Below are positions 9,778 through 18,994 of a stretch of DNA of 26,128 nucleotides, piece after piece. Position 1 is the stretch's first letter. The number at the start of each line of letters is the position of its first letter. The DNA is from a virus (Duplodnaviria > Caudoviricetes). Location: positions 1 to 26,128 of the IMG/VR virus record IMGVR_UViG_3300032272_000063; one strand, given 5' to 3'. The translations under genes were made by a program, and so were the position numbers. The notes beneath the pieces were generated by a model. It saw nothing but the letters and a program-made list of their open reading frames with translations. It had not been told where the DNA came from and searched no databases.

Positions 9778-10488
9778 ATGGGAGCTGGAATTGATCTTTT
9801 ACGGGTATGGGCAAGTGCTGGCAGCATAGCAGTACCATCAAATGCAAAAATAGACCTTGGGTGGGTAGCGGGGGAACAACCGGCCGTTGAGTGGGAAAAT
9901 GAGCGGATGAACTCCCGGGATACAAGGGTCAATGAGATCGTAACGTATTTAAATAATGGGGTCCCCCTGGCGGATGTCGTAACCATTCAATCAGACATCC
10001 TATCCATTATCGGAACACCGTATAAAACAACTCAGGCCGCATCCGAACATTCTGCAAGTGGATTAACTGGGGACATACAGACCCATAAGCTCAGATATGA
10101 CGGGTTCACGAATTCACTCACCACAACGGGGTCTACTGTCACCACAGGCCGGTGGGTATCAATCGACCTCAGTGCAAAAACCTGGTCCATTACCAAGACA
10201 ATGGACACTAATTACAGCTTGTTCCGGATGGACGGTGCCGGGCTGGAGATAGCAACACCAGCGGGTGCATCCACTCGCCTAATAGCTCCAACGGTAACAC
10301 ATGGAGGCGTTGGGGAAGCATACTCTATACCAGCGGCATGTAAAATGGATTATCTTCCTGCCAGTGGAAATCTGTTAGTCGATAATATAGAGGTGCCCTA
10401 TATTGGGACATCTTTTGGGGGCGACGCACACGTGGAATTGACTGTGTACGTGTGCAGTGTTACCGCAACGGCTCCGGAAGTCCCCTAA
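9778..10488 (+). CDS. Short tail fibre / receptor-binding protein
   Basis: N-terminal 'WA..G....P...KI.LGW..GEQP..EWEN' fibre-anchoring motif; last gene of the tail module. Confidence 0.6.
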   Translation: MGAGIDLLRVWASAGSIAVPSNAKIDLGWVAGEQPAVEWENERMNSRDTRVNEIVTYLNNGVPLADVVTIQSDILSIIGTPYKTTQAASEHSASGLTGDIQTHKLRYDGFTNSLTTTGSTVTTGRWVSIDLSAKTWSITKTMDTNYSLFRMDGAGLEIATPAGASTRLIAPTVTHGGVGEAYSIPAACKMDYLPASGNLLVDNIEVPYIGTSFGGDAHVELTVYVCSVTATAPEVP

Positions 10489-11930
10489 ACTTTCAATAGG
10501 TCATTCCCGCGTCTGGAATCCCGATATTCTCGCAAGGCGTCCAATAAAGATTTCTGCTTTCTCTCTTTTGCGGTCAAGGACCTTGCAACGGCCTCGTCAA
10601 CTGTCCCTTTGGCTATGGGTATGTGTATGCGCACCTGTTCACGAGCACCGCGCCGGTGTAACCGTTTATTGAGTTGCAAAAAGGACTCTAGAGAATTGGT
10701 CAGTGTGTACCAAAACAAATCAGACCCGCCTGCCTGCATGTTGAGCCCATGGCTCATACTGTCCGGGTGCACTGTGAGTAGTGGCAATCCCCCGGTGTTC
10801 CACTGTTTGAGGATCTCCACAATCTCCGTGGGGTCCGTGTCGGATCCGATATTTGGGATTTTTGGATATTTCTTTCGTATCGCTACTAGATCGTGTTTGA
10901 AATAGTACGCGATTAAAAGGGGCTTGCCCTGCAATTCGTCGATGACATTTTGCAGACACTCAGTCTTTGTGTCGTGTACATGATGGACTTTGCTTTTGTC
11001 TTCGGGGTCATAGTGTTGCCCGCTGGCAATCTGGCGACATAGCAGATATTTCGCACTTGCAGATAGCGATGACACCGTGCCAGTCAGGTCCAATTCTGCG
11101 AGCATGTCTTTTTCGATACTGCGGTAATAAGACGCAGATTTTTCCGGGAGCGTGAGCATTATCTTGTTGATTACCAGTGGAGGCAACTCAGCAAATTGTT
11201 TTTCATCAAATCTGATTACAAACGGCGCTACCCGTTTCCGGACCGCATCGGCCGCACCCCGCTTTGGCTCCCATGTGTTGTACTGGGACGTATAAGTATT
11301 CGATACGTCGAAATATCGTTTTCGGTACTCTGTGATGTTTTTGCCCAGGGAGGCTCCTGAATCCAGTAGGTAAATTTGTGACCACAGGTCCATAATCCCA
11401 TTAGGAGTTGGGGTGCCTGTCAAAATCACACGGCGTTTAAATAGTTTGTGATATTTTTTCAAGGCTTTGAATCTCACAGACCCCTGGTTTTTATATTTGC
11501 TGGACTCATCAATGATCAGCATATCCCATGGCATATCTACGGGGGGTCCGGATTTCCGCTTGAACCATTGCTCGGGAAAAAAGGAAAAAAGATAATCCGT
11601 TGCCTCAGGATTAACCAGGCAAATGTCGGCTTTCGGCTCGACCACCTCCTGGAAAATAGACTGGGCTTTTTCGCCCCCGTGTAAAATCCGGTGGGTCAGC
11701 CCGTTGAACTGGTCCCATTTCTGGATTTCATTGGGCCAAACATCATAACACACAAGGCGCGGCGCAATAATCAACGCGCGTTTGACCTGCGCTATGTTAC
11801 GAAGCAGGGAAAACGCAGCAAGGGTCATAGCCGTTTTACCTCCCCCCGGATCTGCAAACACTCCGCAATGGGGGTGGTCGCACATGAATCGGATTCCTGC
11901 TTTCTGATAGTCAAGTGCTTTGTATCTCAT
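10485..11930 (-). CDS. SNF2-like superfamily 2 helicase
   Basis: Motif I DPGGGKT, motif II IIDESS, motif III LTGTP, 'HGLNMQ', motif VI 'QLNKRLHRRG'. Confidence 0.9.
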   Translation of the reverse strand: MRYKALDYQKAGIRFMCDHPHCGVFADPGGGKTAMTLAAFSLLRNIAQVKRALIIAPRLVCYDVWPNEIQKWDQFNGLTHRILHGGEKAQSIFQEVVEPKADICLVNPEATDYLFSFFPEQWFKRKSGPPVDMPWDMLIIDESSKYKNQGSVRFKALKKYHKLFKRRVILTGTPTPNGIMDLWSQIYLLDSGASLGKNITEYRKRYFDVSNTYTSQYNTWEPKRGAADAVRKRVAPFVIRFDEKQFAELPPLVINKIMLTLPEKSASYYRSIEKDMLAELDLTGTVSSLSASAKYLLCRQIASGQHYDPEDKSKVHHVHDTKTECLQNVIDELQGKPLLIAYYFKHDLVAIRKKYPKIPNIGSDTDPTEIVEILKQWNTGGLPLLTVHPDSMSHGLNMQAGGSDLFWYTLTNSLESFLQLNKRLHRRGAREQVRIHIPIAKGTVDEAVARSLTAKERKQKSLLDALREYRDSRRGNDLLKV

Positions 11931-12169
11931 GTCAAAAGGAACCTAATAATTTCGGATAGAACAATAAATATCCAGATGTTTCGTATGTCCTTGCTTCGTT
12001 TTAAGGACTCCACGGCGGACCTCTGTCTCACGCTTGCGACCATCTGACAGACGTTAAGCAGATTGGTATTGTAACTCCGGGTGGTCATTTTTTCGAATGG
12101 GTGCCCAGGAGAAAACCCCGCCTTTTTTAAAAATATGGACAGCTCTTTTTCTATTTCTTTCTCATGCAT
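11927..12169 (-). CDS. Hypothetical protein
   Basis: 80 aa, AAGGA SD, ATGA overlap with the helicase start. Confidence 0.5.
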   Translation of the reverse strand: MHEKEIEKELSIFLKKAGFSPGHPFEKMTTRSYNTNLLNVCQMVASVRQRSAVESLKRSKDIRNIWIFIVLSEIIRFLLT

Positions 12170-12298
12170 TTTTAAAAATCCTTTCTCCAGAAAAACAAAA
12201 GGGTAAACTCATCGGTTTGAGAAAATACTGAAACTCCACTATTTTGGGTTAAAAACACTCAAATTGAAATTTTAGAATTGCCGATGAGTCCACAGTTT

Positions 12299-12586
12299 TC
12301 ATTTTTCTAAAATCCTTTCCAGCCAATTTTTGGCATCCTCAAAGTTATCAGTCCATGCAGCACGGTGGCCATTATCGACCAGCCATGACAAATATCGATC
12401 CTGACCCTCTCTCAGCCTCTTTCCCAGGCGTTTGAATTCCATGTACACAGTAAAACCATTGGGCATCATGATAGCCCTGTCCGGGGCGTCCGGGTCCGAA
12501 GGGTCAACCATTTTGACCACTTTGCAGCCTTTTGACCGTGCGTATTCGGCAAACCTGCGCTCGATTGGTGACTCAAGTTGAGGCAT
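12299..12586 (-). CDS. VRR-NUC domain nuclease
   Basis: 'LESPIE...G..VVK....APDR.......YMEFKR.G..L...Q' PD-(D/E)xK pattern; start at MPQLE with GAGGA SD. Confidence 0.85.
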   Translation of the reverse strand: MPQLESPIERRFAEYARSKGCKVVKMVDPSDPDAPDRAIMMPNGFTVYMEFKRLGKRLREGQDRYLSWLVDNGHRAAWTDNFEDAKNWLERILEK

Positions 12587-12950
12587 TTGATTTTTGTTCC
12601 TCTGCCCACTGGACAACTTCGACCCAATGGAAAAATACCGGCTTTTTAAGATGTTTCGCTTCCTGTATTTCCCCGATGGTGCCCTCAGATTTTGCCCAAT
12701 CGCCTACAATCAGGAGCGCGTCACACCGTCGCATAATCTCCATTGTGGATTCGATCCAGTATTGATCCGGCAATCCAAGTTTATCATGGGGGTTCCCATT
12801 GCTGTGAGGGCAAATAAATCCGATCGAATTAACAGCCATTCGCGCCGCGTTTTGTTCCGCAATCATTACATTGTGATCGACCTTGCCCCGGTAAGGGCCT
12901 GCTACGTAAACGAGTAAATCAGTGTGCATTTTTGTGTTTCCTGTTGTCAT
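12573..12950 (-). CDS. Nucleoside 2-deoxyribosyltransferase-like protein (DUF4406/DUF1937-like)
   Basis: 'VYVAGPY...ICPH...RCDAL....W.KSEG..GE..EA....KPVF' pattern. Confidence 0.7.
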   Translation of the reverse strand: MTTGNTKMHTDLLVYVAGPYRGKVDHNVMIAEQNAARMAVNSIGFICPHSNGNPHDKLGLPDQYWIESTMEIMRRCDALLIVGDWAKSEGTIGEIQEAKHLKKPVFFHWVEVVQWAEEQKSNAST

Positions 12951-14878
12951 TTCCTAAACCTCTTACCTTCCCAACCTTCGGCGGCCAGGGGGAATCCTTT
13001 CGCCCATGGAGGTAATTGTGTTATAATTTCAACCATTTTATCTACATTGTAAAAATCTGTGTCCGGAGTCTCACAAACAATCTCATCATGTACAGTCATC
13101 GCAATTTCCCAGTTGGCTCTTTTCGAGATGGCCAGCATTGAATGTCTAAGCAAATCAGAACATACCCCCTGGATAATATTCTCCACGATTTTCCCACCCC
13201 ATGAACTGGTACGAATCCATTTTCCTGAGGTGCCCGAAACAGTGCTGTATGTGATGCCTTCACCGTGGTCAATCCGACAATCCCAGTAATGTATTTCTCG
13301 ACCCGATAGTAATCTGCACGCGATAACACGGGGCTTTTTGCGATAGAAGGTAATCCCATATGATGTGTGCGGTTTGCCCGTCACAATCGCATTTTTAAAA
13401 GCGGTTTCAAGACCCCGCCACATTTTCGGCACTTTTGCAAATCTGGACCGGTACGAGTCCACCGCTTTTTGTGCCAAGGCTATGTCAACGTCCGCTTGCT
13501 CCGAGAATCTTTGGGCGCCCATACCATAACCTAAGCCGAGTATCGCCGTTTTACCAACGAACCTTTCGAAATCCGTTATCTCTGAGAGGGGCTTTCCAAA
13601 AATCGTTGTGGCCATTTCCTTGTATATATCCGCGCCGTTGCGCATCATCTCAACAGTCACCCGTTCACCGGCCAGCCAAAGGACTCCCCGGGCTTCCACA
13701 CTTGCAAAATCCGCCGCTACGAATTTGCTTCCTTTGGGTGCCACGATTGCAGATCGTACCAGGTCGCTGAGTACCTGCATTGGACTGTCAAATCGGTATT
13801 TTAAATACTTCAAGTCCTGTCGTTTTACCGCTCTGGTTACGTGCTCCTGATCATCGTCCTCAATTTTCAACGCCCCCCGAGGTAAATTCTGCGGCTGGAA
13901 TCCTTGCCCGGCCCATCGGCCGGTAGATGCTTTATGAAAACAAAAGGCGTCTCTGATTCGGTTGTCATCACGGTCAACTTGCGCGGCTGCCTTTTCATAT
14001 TTCGCAACACTGGACATCCCAAGAAGTTGGCGAATTTCAAAAACTTTGCGAACTACATCGGGTATGTTACTCTTTTTCAGCAGTTCGATAACCGCTGCTT
14101 TATCCGTGCTCTGCATTCGCACCCCATGAGATAATGCAAATTGTTTAAACCGGGCATGCTGGTTCGGGGTTTGGATAAAACCACCAGTAATCTCAGCCAG
14201 TTCTTTTTTCGCGTCCTCCAACAATCCCCGGGCCATTATGACAGCGGCGTCTACCAACTCAACGTCGATACAAAAACCACTGTGATTAATCTGTTTGTCC
14301 AGTTCAAAAATGAGACGATCCACTTTTTGTATTGTTCCAAGGTCCTGCAGGATTGCATTGGTTGCAATTACATCCTGTTCACAGTAATCCACAAGCCTAT
14401 CAAAGTCCTCATCAGTCCAATGATATCTCGCAGGATTCGCTTTTGATGGCTTGCGGGGCTTGCACATTTTCATCATCAGTTTATGCCCTGTTTTGTCTTT
14501 TTCCTCTCGCCCCAAAATAGTGGAAACCCCTGCCAACGATGCTGGAAGCGCCCAGGTAAGAGCAATAGCTTTTGTATCCTGCCAATTTTTGAGAGGCGGC
14601 TTTGGTAGATTAAATTTTCGTGCCAGGTTGTTCGCCCACATCGCAATTTCAAAAAATGCATTATGTGCAACCCATATCGGGTTCTGTTCATACCGGTCTA
14701 CAAACCACTCAGGGGCCTCCCCAAATGGGTCAACTCGCCAGGTGCGAACAGACTTCGAGACCGAGTCCCAAACGGACACGCAAAGAATTTCCGTTTCCGG
14801 ATGTTTTGAATAGTTCCACGCGCCAACTTTCCCAATATCCGCCGGGCTTCGTGTCTCGAAATCTATTACACAGTACAT
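12947..14878 (-). CDS. Family A DNA polymerase with 3'-5' exonuclease domain
   Basis: ExoI 'IDFET', 'AHNAFFE', 'YCEQD', 'TGRWAG...QNLP', motif A 'ADFASVEAR', motif B 'R..GKTAILGLGYG', motif C 'VHDE'. Confidence 0.95.
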   Translation of the reverse strand: MYCVIDFETRSPADIGKVGAWNYSKHPETEILCVSVWDSVSKSVRTWRVDPFGEAPEWFVDRYEQNPIWVAHNAFFEIAMWANNLARKFNLPKPPLKNWQDTKAIALTWALPASLAGVSTILGREEKDKTGHKLMMKMCKPRKPSKANPARYHWTDEDFDRLVDYCEQDVIATNAILQDLGTIQKVDRLIFELDKQINHSGFCIDVELVDAAVIMARGLLEDAKKELAEITGGFIQTPNQHARFKQFALSHGVRMQSTDKAAVIELLKKSNIPDVVRKVFEIRQLLGMSSVAKYEKAAAQVDRDDNRIRDAFCFHKASTGRWAGQGFQPQNLPRGALKIEDDDQEHVTRAVKRQDLKYLKYRFDSPMQVLSDLVRSAIVAPKGSKFVAADFASVEARGVLWLAGERVTVEMMRNGADIYKEMATTIFGKPLSEITDFERFVGKTAILGLGYGMGAQRFSEQADVDIALAQKAVDSYRSRFAKVPKMWRGLETAFKNAIVTGKPHTSYGITFYRKKPRVIACRLLSGREIHYWDCRIDHGEGITYSTVSGTSGKWIRTSSWGGKIVENIIQGVCSDLLRHSMLAISKRANWEIAMTVHDEIVCETPDTDFYNVDKMVEIITQLPPWAKGFPLAAEGWEGKRFRK

Positions 14879-14885
14879 TAGTTAT

Positions 14886-15542
14886 CTATTCCCCAAAATC
14901 CGCGAATGGATCCGCTTCATCTGATTTTTTCGCAGTTGCAGGAAGGTCGAGATCACCGAGGTCATCCCCTGTTTCCTGTTTGCCGGCGCCATTACCAAAG
15001 GGCTCCATGTCGGCAATTTTCTGGACAAGGCGGAGCGAGAACCCCGCGCCTTCGAATTCGCCTTTGTATGCGTATACGTCAAACTTCACGCGGACAACGC
15101 AACCAGGGTAGATTTCCCGTGGGTTCGTGATTGGGATCAGATTACCTTTGGCATCTTTGGCCGCTTCGAATACAGCGGGCAGGTCACGTTTGTTGTTGGC
15201 TTTAATTACCCAATGGCCTTCATACTCCGGGTATTTTTCCGGGTCGAATTCATCCGCCTTACGCATCGGGTTACGCCATTTAAAAGGGACTTTCCCCTGG
15301 AACTTCGCATTCATGGCGCTCTTGATCATCCTGGCAAGCTCCTTCGCCATTGGGTCCCCATAGGGCACGAGCAAGGTAATCGAACATTCCGGCTTCCTGT
15401 CAGGAAAGCGCTCACTCGATTTGAGCTCGAAAATCTCAGGGAAACTACACCGGTATGCACCCGTTACAATCGTTGTTTCGCTCAATTTGTTATAAGGTAC
15501 TTTCGCCTGTAATGCTTTCAGTTCTTCATTTTCATTTGTCAT
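14886..15542 (-). CDS. Phage single-stranded DNA-binding protein (DUF2815-like)
   Basis: 'RCSFPEIF', 'YPEYEGHWVIKA', 'IYPGC.VR', 'LVQKIAD.EPFG'; acidic tail ending DFGE. Confidence 0.85.
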   Translation of the reverse strand: MTNENEELKALQAKVPYNKLSETTIVTGAYRCSFPEIFELKSSERFPDRKPECSITLLVPYGDPMAKELARMIKSAMNAKFQGKVPFKWRNPMRKADEFDPEKYPEYEGHWVIKANNKRDLPAVFEAAKDAKGNLIPITNPREIYPGCVVRVKFDVYAYKGEFEGAGFSLRLVQKIADMEPFGNGAGKQETGDDLGDLDLPATAKKSDEADPFADFGE

Positions 15543-15737
15543 TTTTTATTTTCTCCATTTTCATAAATCTGTGTAATTTTTCTTTGCACCCCTCGCAAAG
15601 GTCCCAGGGTTCCTCAAATTCGCCATGGGGAGCCCCGAGACCCGTGTGTTTTCTTATCCGTAGTCCTTCTCCCCCTTTGACCCTCTCCTTTCTTTTTGCA
15701 TTACCTTATCACAGCGGTCACAATGTGTTCGTTGCAT
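15532..15737 (-). pseudogene. Small CxxC...CxxC zinc-finger gene split over two frames (pseudogene, sequencing error or -1 frameshift)
   Basis: GAGGTG SD, ATG at 15737, MQRTHCDRCDK... stops after 27 aa. The -1 frame continues ...PWDLCEGCKEKLHRFMK... to TGA at 15532. Confidence 0.6.
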
Positions 15738-15739
15738 AG

Positions 15740-16975
15740 TTACACCTCGTCAATCCCGTCCAATAAATTTTTAATTTCCGGGCGTTTATCTGTATCGGGT
15801 GCCCATGTAGCTTTCCCTTTCGGCTTTGAGATAAACCGAGCAAGGTCTACTTTTGGTACCTGTTTATCCAATTGGGACAAGGGGCCAATTTTCTTCTGCC
15901 AAATCTCCCAGCCATTTTCCTCTGCAGCAAGCTCTAAACCCTCTGGATCCGATATTGCCCGGCGTGTTCGTGACTCGACCAATTTAAACCCGGGGAGATT
16001 TTCCCCCCGCTCCATTCGTGCCAGTCCTTCCTTTCTAACGTTGCCAATGTACTTCTCCACAATTGCCCCCTGGGCCATTACCCACGCAATCTGTTCGTTA
16101 TTCAATTCACCGACGGCTATCGGCGCCACGGGCTCCTTTCCAAAATCCGGGAGGTCCGGGAGGTCCTTGTTAGCTGTGACCAACAGGGCCTGTTTTTGCA
16201 ATGGGCAGTTTGCCGACCCTTTGCACCATTGACACCAATCACCGGAACAATAATCCTCCGGGTTCTGCGATTTCATAGGTACCACTTCGCAGTCTGACAC
16301 CGCGCGCCACACATACCCTGAGTAGTCTTCCAGTTCCAAAGTTGACGTTTTGCACGTCCTTACTGGTCGCGAATCAGTAAAGTCATTCGGTTGCACAATT
16401 GCAAGAGTCCAGTTTCTAACGTATCCCGCTGATTTGCAGTTTTCCAGGATGCCAAGGGCATAGATCATCAATTGAGTATTGTTATCAATATCGACGTGAG
16501 TTACCCCGTTTTTGTAGTCAATAACACACGCCCAGTCCCCATCAATGATCACAACGTCCGCAGTCCCACCCACTTTATCCGGGATCAGTACTGTTTTCAT
16601 TTCGGTAAAAAGTTCGCCATCTGGATGTTGGTCCATTATTTTGATAACGAGGTCAACGCACAATTCACAATCCTGCATCATTTTATCCGTGATCGGGATC
16701 GTGTAACCATTCGAGTCTTTTTCGCCGGGTTTCAACCACCGGGAAAAATCCCCTGAGGTATCCAACAAGGTGGTAACCCCTGCGAATGAGCTGGCGTTGT
16801 TCATATTTTCTTCCAAACAATGCTCAATCATCGCATGTACTGCAGTACCTACCCGAGCGGCGTCGCCCGAGGGTTGTACTGGTGCCATTTTCTCCAGTTG
16901 CCAGCTGCCCGGGCAGTTAATCCAGCGTTTGGACCCCGATGCGGAAAACGGGAAATGTTTGTTTTGATCGCCCAT
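15740..16975 (-). CDS. Cas4-like PD-(D/E)xK exonuclease (DUF2800-like)
   Basis: 'H..FSASGSKRWINCPGS', 'GT..H', 'GTAD', 'IDYKNG', 'NTQLMIYALG', 'IVQP', 'C.WC.....CP'; start at MGDQNK. Confidence 0.9.
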   Translation of the reverse strand: MGDQNKHFPFSASGSKRWINCPGSWQLEKMAPVQPSGDAARVGTAVHAMIEHCLEENMNNASSFAGVTTLLDTSGDFSRWLKPGEKDSNGYTIPITDKMMQDCELCVDLVIKIMDQHPDGELFTEMKTVLIPDKVGGTADVVIIDGDWACVIDYKNGVTHVDIDNNTQLMIYALGILENCKSAGYVRNWTLAIVQPNDFTDSRPVRTCKTSTLELEDYSGYVWRAVSDCEVVPMKSQNPEDYCSGDWCQWCKGSANCPLQKQALLVTANKDLPDLPDFGKEPVAPIAVGELNNEQIAWVMAQGAIVEKYIGNVRKEGLARMERGENLPGFKLVESRTRRAISDPEGLELAAEENGWEIWQKKIGPLSQLDKQVPKVDLARFISKPKGKATWAPDTDKRPEIKNLLDGIDEV

Positions 16976-16976
16976 T

Positions 16977-17555
16977 TTAACAGAAATCCGACATATCGAT
17001 GGTTTCTGACTTCCCCCCTTTGTCATTTTTAAGCGCTTCAATTGCAACCGAGACTTTACCCGGGGGGATCGTCCCCGGATGATCCGACCCGGTATTTTCC
17101 AGCAATATCTGTTTTGTGCGGTCAATTCCCCATTGTCCCACGTGTTTGGTAACAGCTTCCTTGAGGTCCACCAGTGAGTACACCTGACCAGCGGGTGGTT
17201 CCTCATTGGTTTCGTTCCTTAAGGCCTCCACTGCTTTTGGAGTACCTTTGCGTTGTCGGCGTTTTGTCCAAAGACCATCCTGTGTTTTTGTTTTTGTAGA
17301 GGCGTGCAACTCAGCATTCCATTCGGCGCCATCAGCATCTACTTCCGGGGTACCACCTGCGTCCACCTCTGGAGCATTTTCTTCCAGGGGGCTTTGTTGC
17401 TCAGGTTGCTCTATCGGCGGAGCTTCCTGTTTGGGCACAGGTGCTACCTGTGGTTGTTGTGCTTTTTGCTGCGTTGCAACGTTTGCCTGCAGCAAAAGGT
17501 TGAGTGTAGCGCGGTCCTGCGCTTTTTCCGTGTCCAGTTGTACCGTTAAAATCAT
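16977..17555 (-). CDS. Conserved phage protein preceding DUF2800
   Basis: 192 aa, P/Q/E-rich linker and 'D..G..W...LH..TK....DG.W.KRR' motif; AAAGG SD. Confidence 0.65.
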   Translation of the reverse strand: MILTVQLDTEKAQDRATLNLLLQANVATQQKAQQPQVAPVPKQEAPPIEQPEQQSPLEENAPEVDAGGTPEVDADGAEWNAELHASTKTKTQDGLWTKRRQRKGTPKAVEALRNETNEEPPAGQVYSLVDLKEAVTKHVGQWGIDRTKQILLENTGSDHPGTIPPGKVSVAIEALKNDKGGKSETIDMSDFC

Positions 17556-17848
17556 CGTTTTTTACCTTTCGTTTGTTGACCCCATCCACCTACATTTTCG
17601 GGGCCAAATTGTTTTTGTAATGGTTTAATACACACAGGGCATAAATTCACCCGGCGATTTTGTACATCCGTGAAAATATCCTTCGCAGTAAGCGATCTGG
17701 CTTTACTTTTTATCCCCCAAATTTTTGATTCTTTCTCTGTCCGTGGGCGCAAAAATACATTTTTCGGCAATGAAATTGTAAGGACGCCCGACTCCGCCCC
17801 GCAGGAACCACATTTTTCTGTTCTGTTTTTGATTATTTTCTTACTCAT
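17552..17848 (-). CDS. Hypothetical protein with two CxxC motifs
   Basis: CGSC...CPVC; AAGGATAGG SD; ATGA overlap with the next gene. Confidence 0.55.
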   Translation of the reverse strand: MSKKIIKNRTEKCGSCGAESGVLTISLPKNVFLRPRTEKESKIWGIKSKARSLTAKDIFTDVQNRRVNLCPVCIKPLQKQFGPENVGGWGQQTKGKKR

Positions 17849-17934
17849 TATTGAACCTATCCTTTACCAATTAAAAGACCCAGTGCCGCATTCCCAGGGG
17901 GAGGGGTGCGACACCAGGGGCGCATTATTGCGCA

Positions 17935-18672
17935 TTAAAATTTGCTCAGGGTTTCCCATGCGAGTTTAACCACCGCCGGAACTTGTCCGTTGCCAATGGC
18001 GCCAACCTGGTCCACGTAGGAATCCATCCCATGCTCCATTCCAAAACTGACGGGCGGGGCTTGTAGCCAAAACTCAGGGCATTCTCCTGTAATTCTTTGC
18101 TGTATCGCCGACGGCCTGTCCGGGATATCCCCCAGCCCCTTTTGCCCATGCTCTTTGTGGGTGCAGGCAATCCAAAGGCGCTTGCGTTGTATTGGTCCAC
18201 CACAGGCTCTTGCACCCAGCACACCCCATTGCGCATCATACCCCACTGAGGCCAAGTCACGGAGGACGGTACCAATCCCCCTTTTAAGTAGGGCGGGACT
18301 GTTCTCCACAAGCACATGTCTAGGTCCCACCTCGCTAATAATTCGGGCCATGTGGTACCACAATCCGCTCCGTTCTCCTGACAGTCCCGCCCCTTTTCCT
18401 GCGGCGGAAATGTCCTGGCAAGGGAATCCACCTGTAATGATGTCGACTTCATCCCGCCACGGGCGCCCGTCAAACGTTCGAATGTCATCCCAAACAGGAA
18501 AAGGTGGTAAGATTCCGTCAAGCTGCCTTTGCAGTAAAACGGCCCGGGGATATTCTTCAATCTCGACGGCCGCCACTGTTTTCCACCCGAGCAACAGTCC
18601 CCCAAGTATTCCCCCGCCGGCACCGGCAAAGAGGGCGAGCTCACGCAATCCCGTTTTTTGATGTAATACCAT
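17935..18672 (-). CDS. DNA (cytosine-5) methyltransferase, alpha-type polypeptide
   Basis: Motif I 'LFAGAGG', IV 'GGFPCQDIS', VI 'VENS', VIII 'QRKR', X 'IGNGQVP'. Short (245 aa) with no clear motif IX. Confidence 0.9.
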   Translation of the reverse strand: MVLHQKTGLRELALFAGAGGGILGGLLLGWKTVAAVEIEEYPRAVLLQRQLDGILPPFPVWDDIRTFDGRPWRDEVDIITGGFPCQDISAAGKGAGLSGERSGLWYHMARIISEVGPRHVLVENSPALLKRGIGTVLRDLASVGYDAQWGVLGARACGGPIQRKRLWIACTHKEHGQKGLGDIPDRPSAIQQRITGECPEFWLQAPPVSFGMEHGMDSYVDQVGAIGNGQVPAVVKLAWETLSKF

Positions 18673-18677
18673 GTCAT
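17946..18677 (-). CDS. Alternative-frame ORF within the MTase gene, putative beta subunit (motif IX-like)
   Basis: 243 aa with no stop along the whole MTase gene. ATG overlaps the upstream stop (ATGA); 'PSVLEWSMGWIPTWT' resembles motif IX. Confidence 0.6.
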   Translation of the reverse strand: MTWYYIKKRDCVSSPSLPVPAGEYLGDCCSGGKQWRPSRLKNIPGPFYCKGSLTESYHLFLFGMTFERLTGARGGMKSTSLQVDSLARTFPPQEKGRDCQENGADCGTTWPELLARWDLDMCLWRTVPPYLKGGLVPSSVTWPQWGMMRNGVCWVQEPVVDQYNASAFGLPAPTKSMGKRGWGISRTGRRRYSKELQENALSFGYKPRPSVLEWSMGWIPTWTRLAPLATDKFRRWLNSHGKP

Positions 18678-18994
18678 CGTTCGACTGTTATTTTTGGTAC
18701 AAAGGGTATACTATCAAGTCCCTCTCTGTAATCATATGGCAGGTCGTTTATATCGATGACCCGCACTTGTAATACTGATAGTATCTGTTCAGGTGTAAAC
18801 ACCGTCCCTGCCAATGCTTCGAGTAAATTGGTTACTAAACCCTGCAAGTTGTCTAACTTTACCCCAGTAGACTCCATCACCCCCGGGTATGAGTATCCAT
18901 CAACTGGGATTGCCTGTTCTACGAGGTCAGACAATAACACCTTATATGCTCCGTCAAATATAAAGTTCATTTTTTTCTCGCTCTCATTCGCCAT
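18674..18994 (-). CDS. Hypothetical protein
   Basis: 106 aa, overlaps neighbours in the same operon. Confidence 0.6.
   Translation of the reverse strand: MANESEKKMNFIFDGAYKVLLSDLVEQAIPVDGYSYPGVMESTGVKLDNLQGLVTNLLEALAGTVFTPEQILSVLQVRVIDINDLPYDYREGLDSIPFVPKITVER

Noticed and set aside
16976-17206. 77-aa N-terminal extension of DUF2800
   Set aside because: Overlaps the 192-aa gene; the family motif begins right after the Met at 16975.
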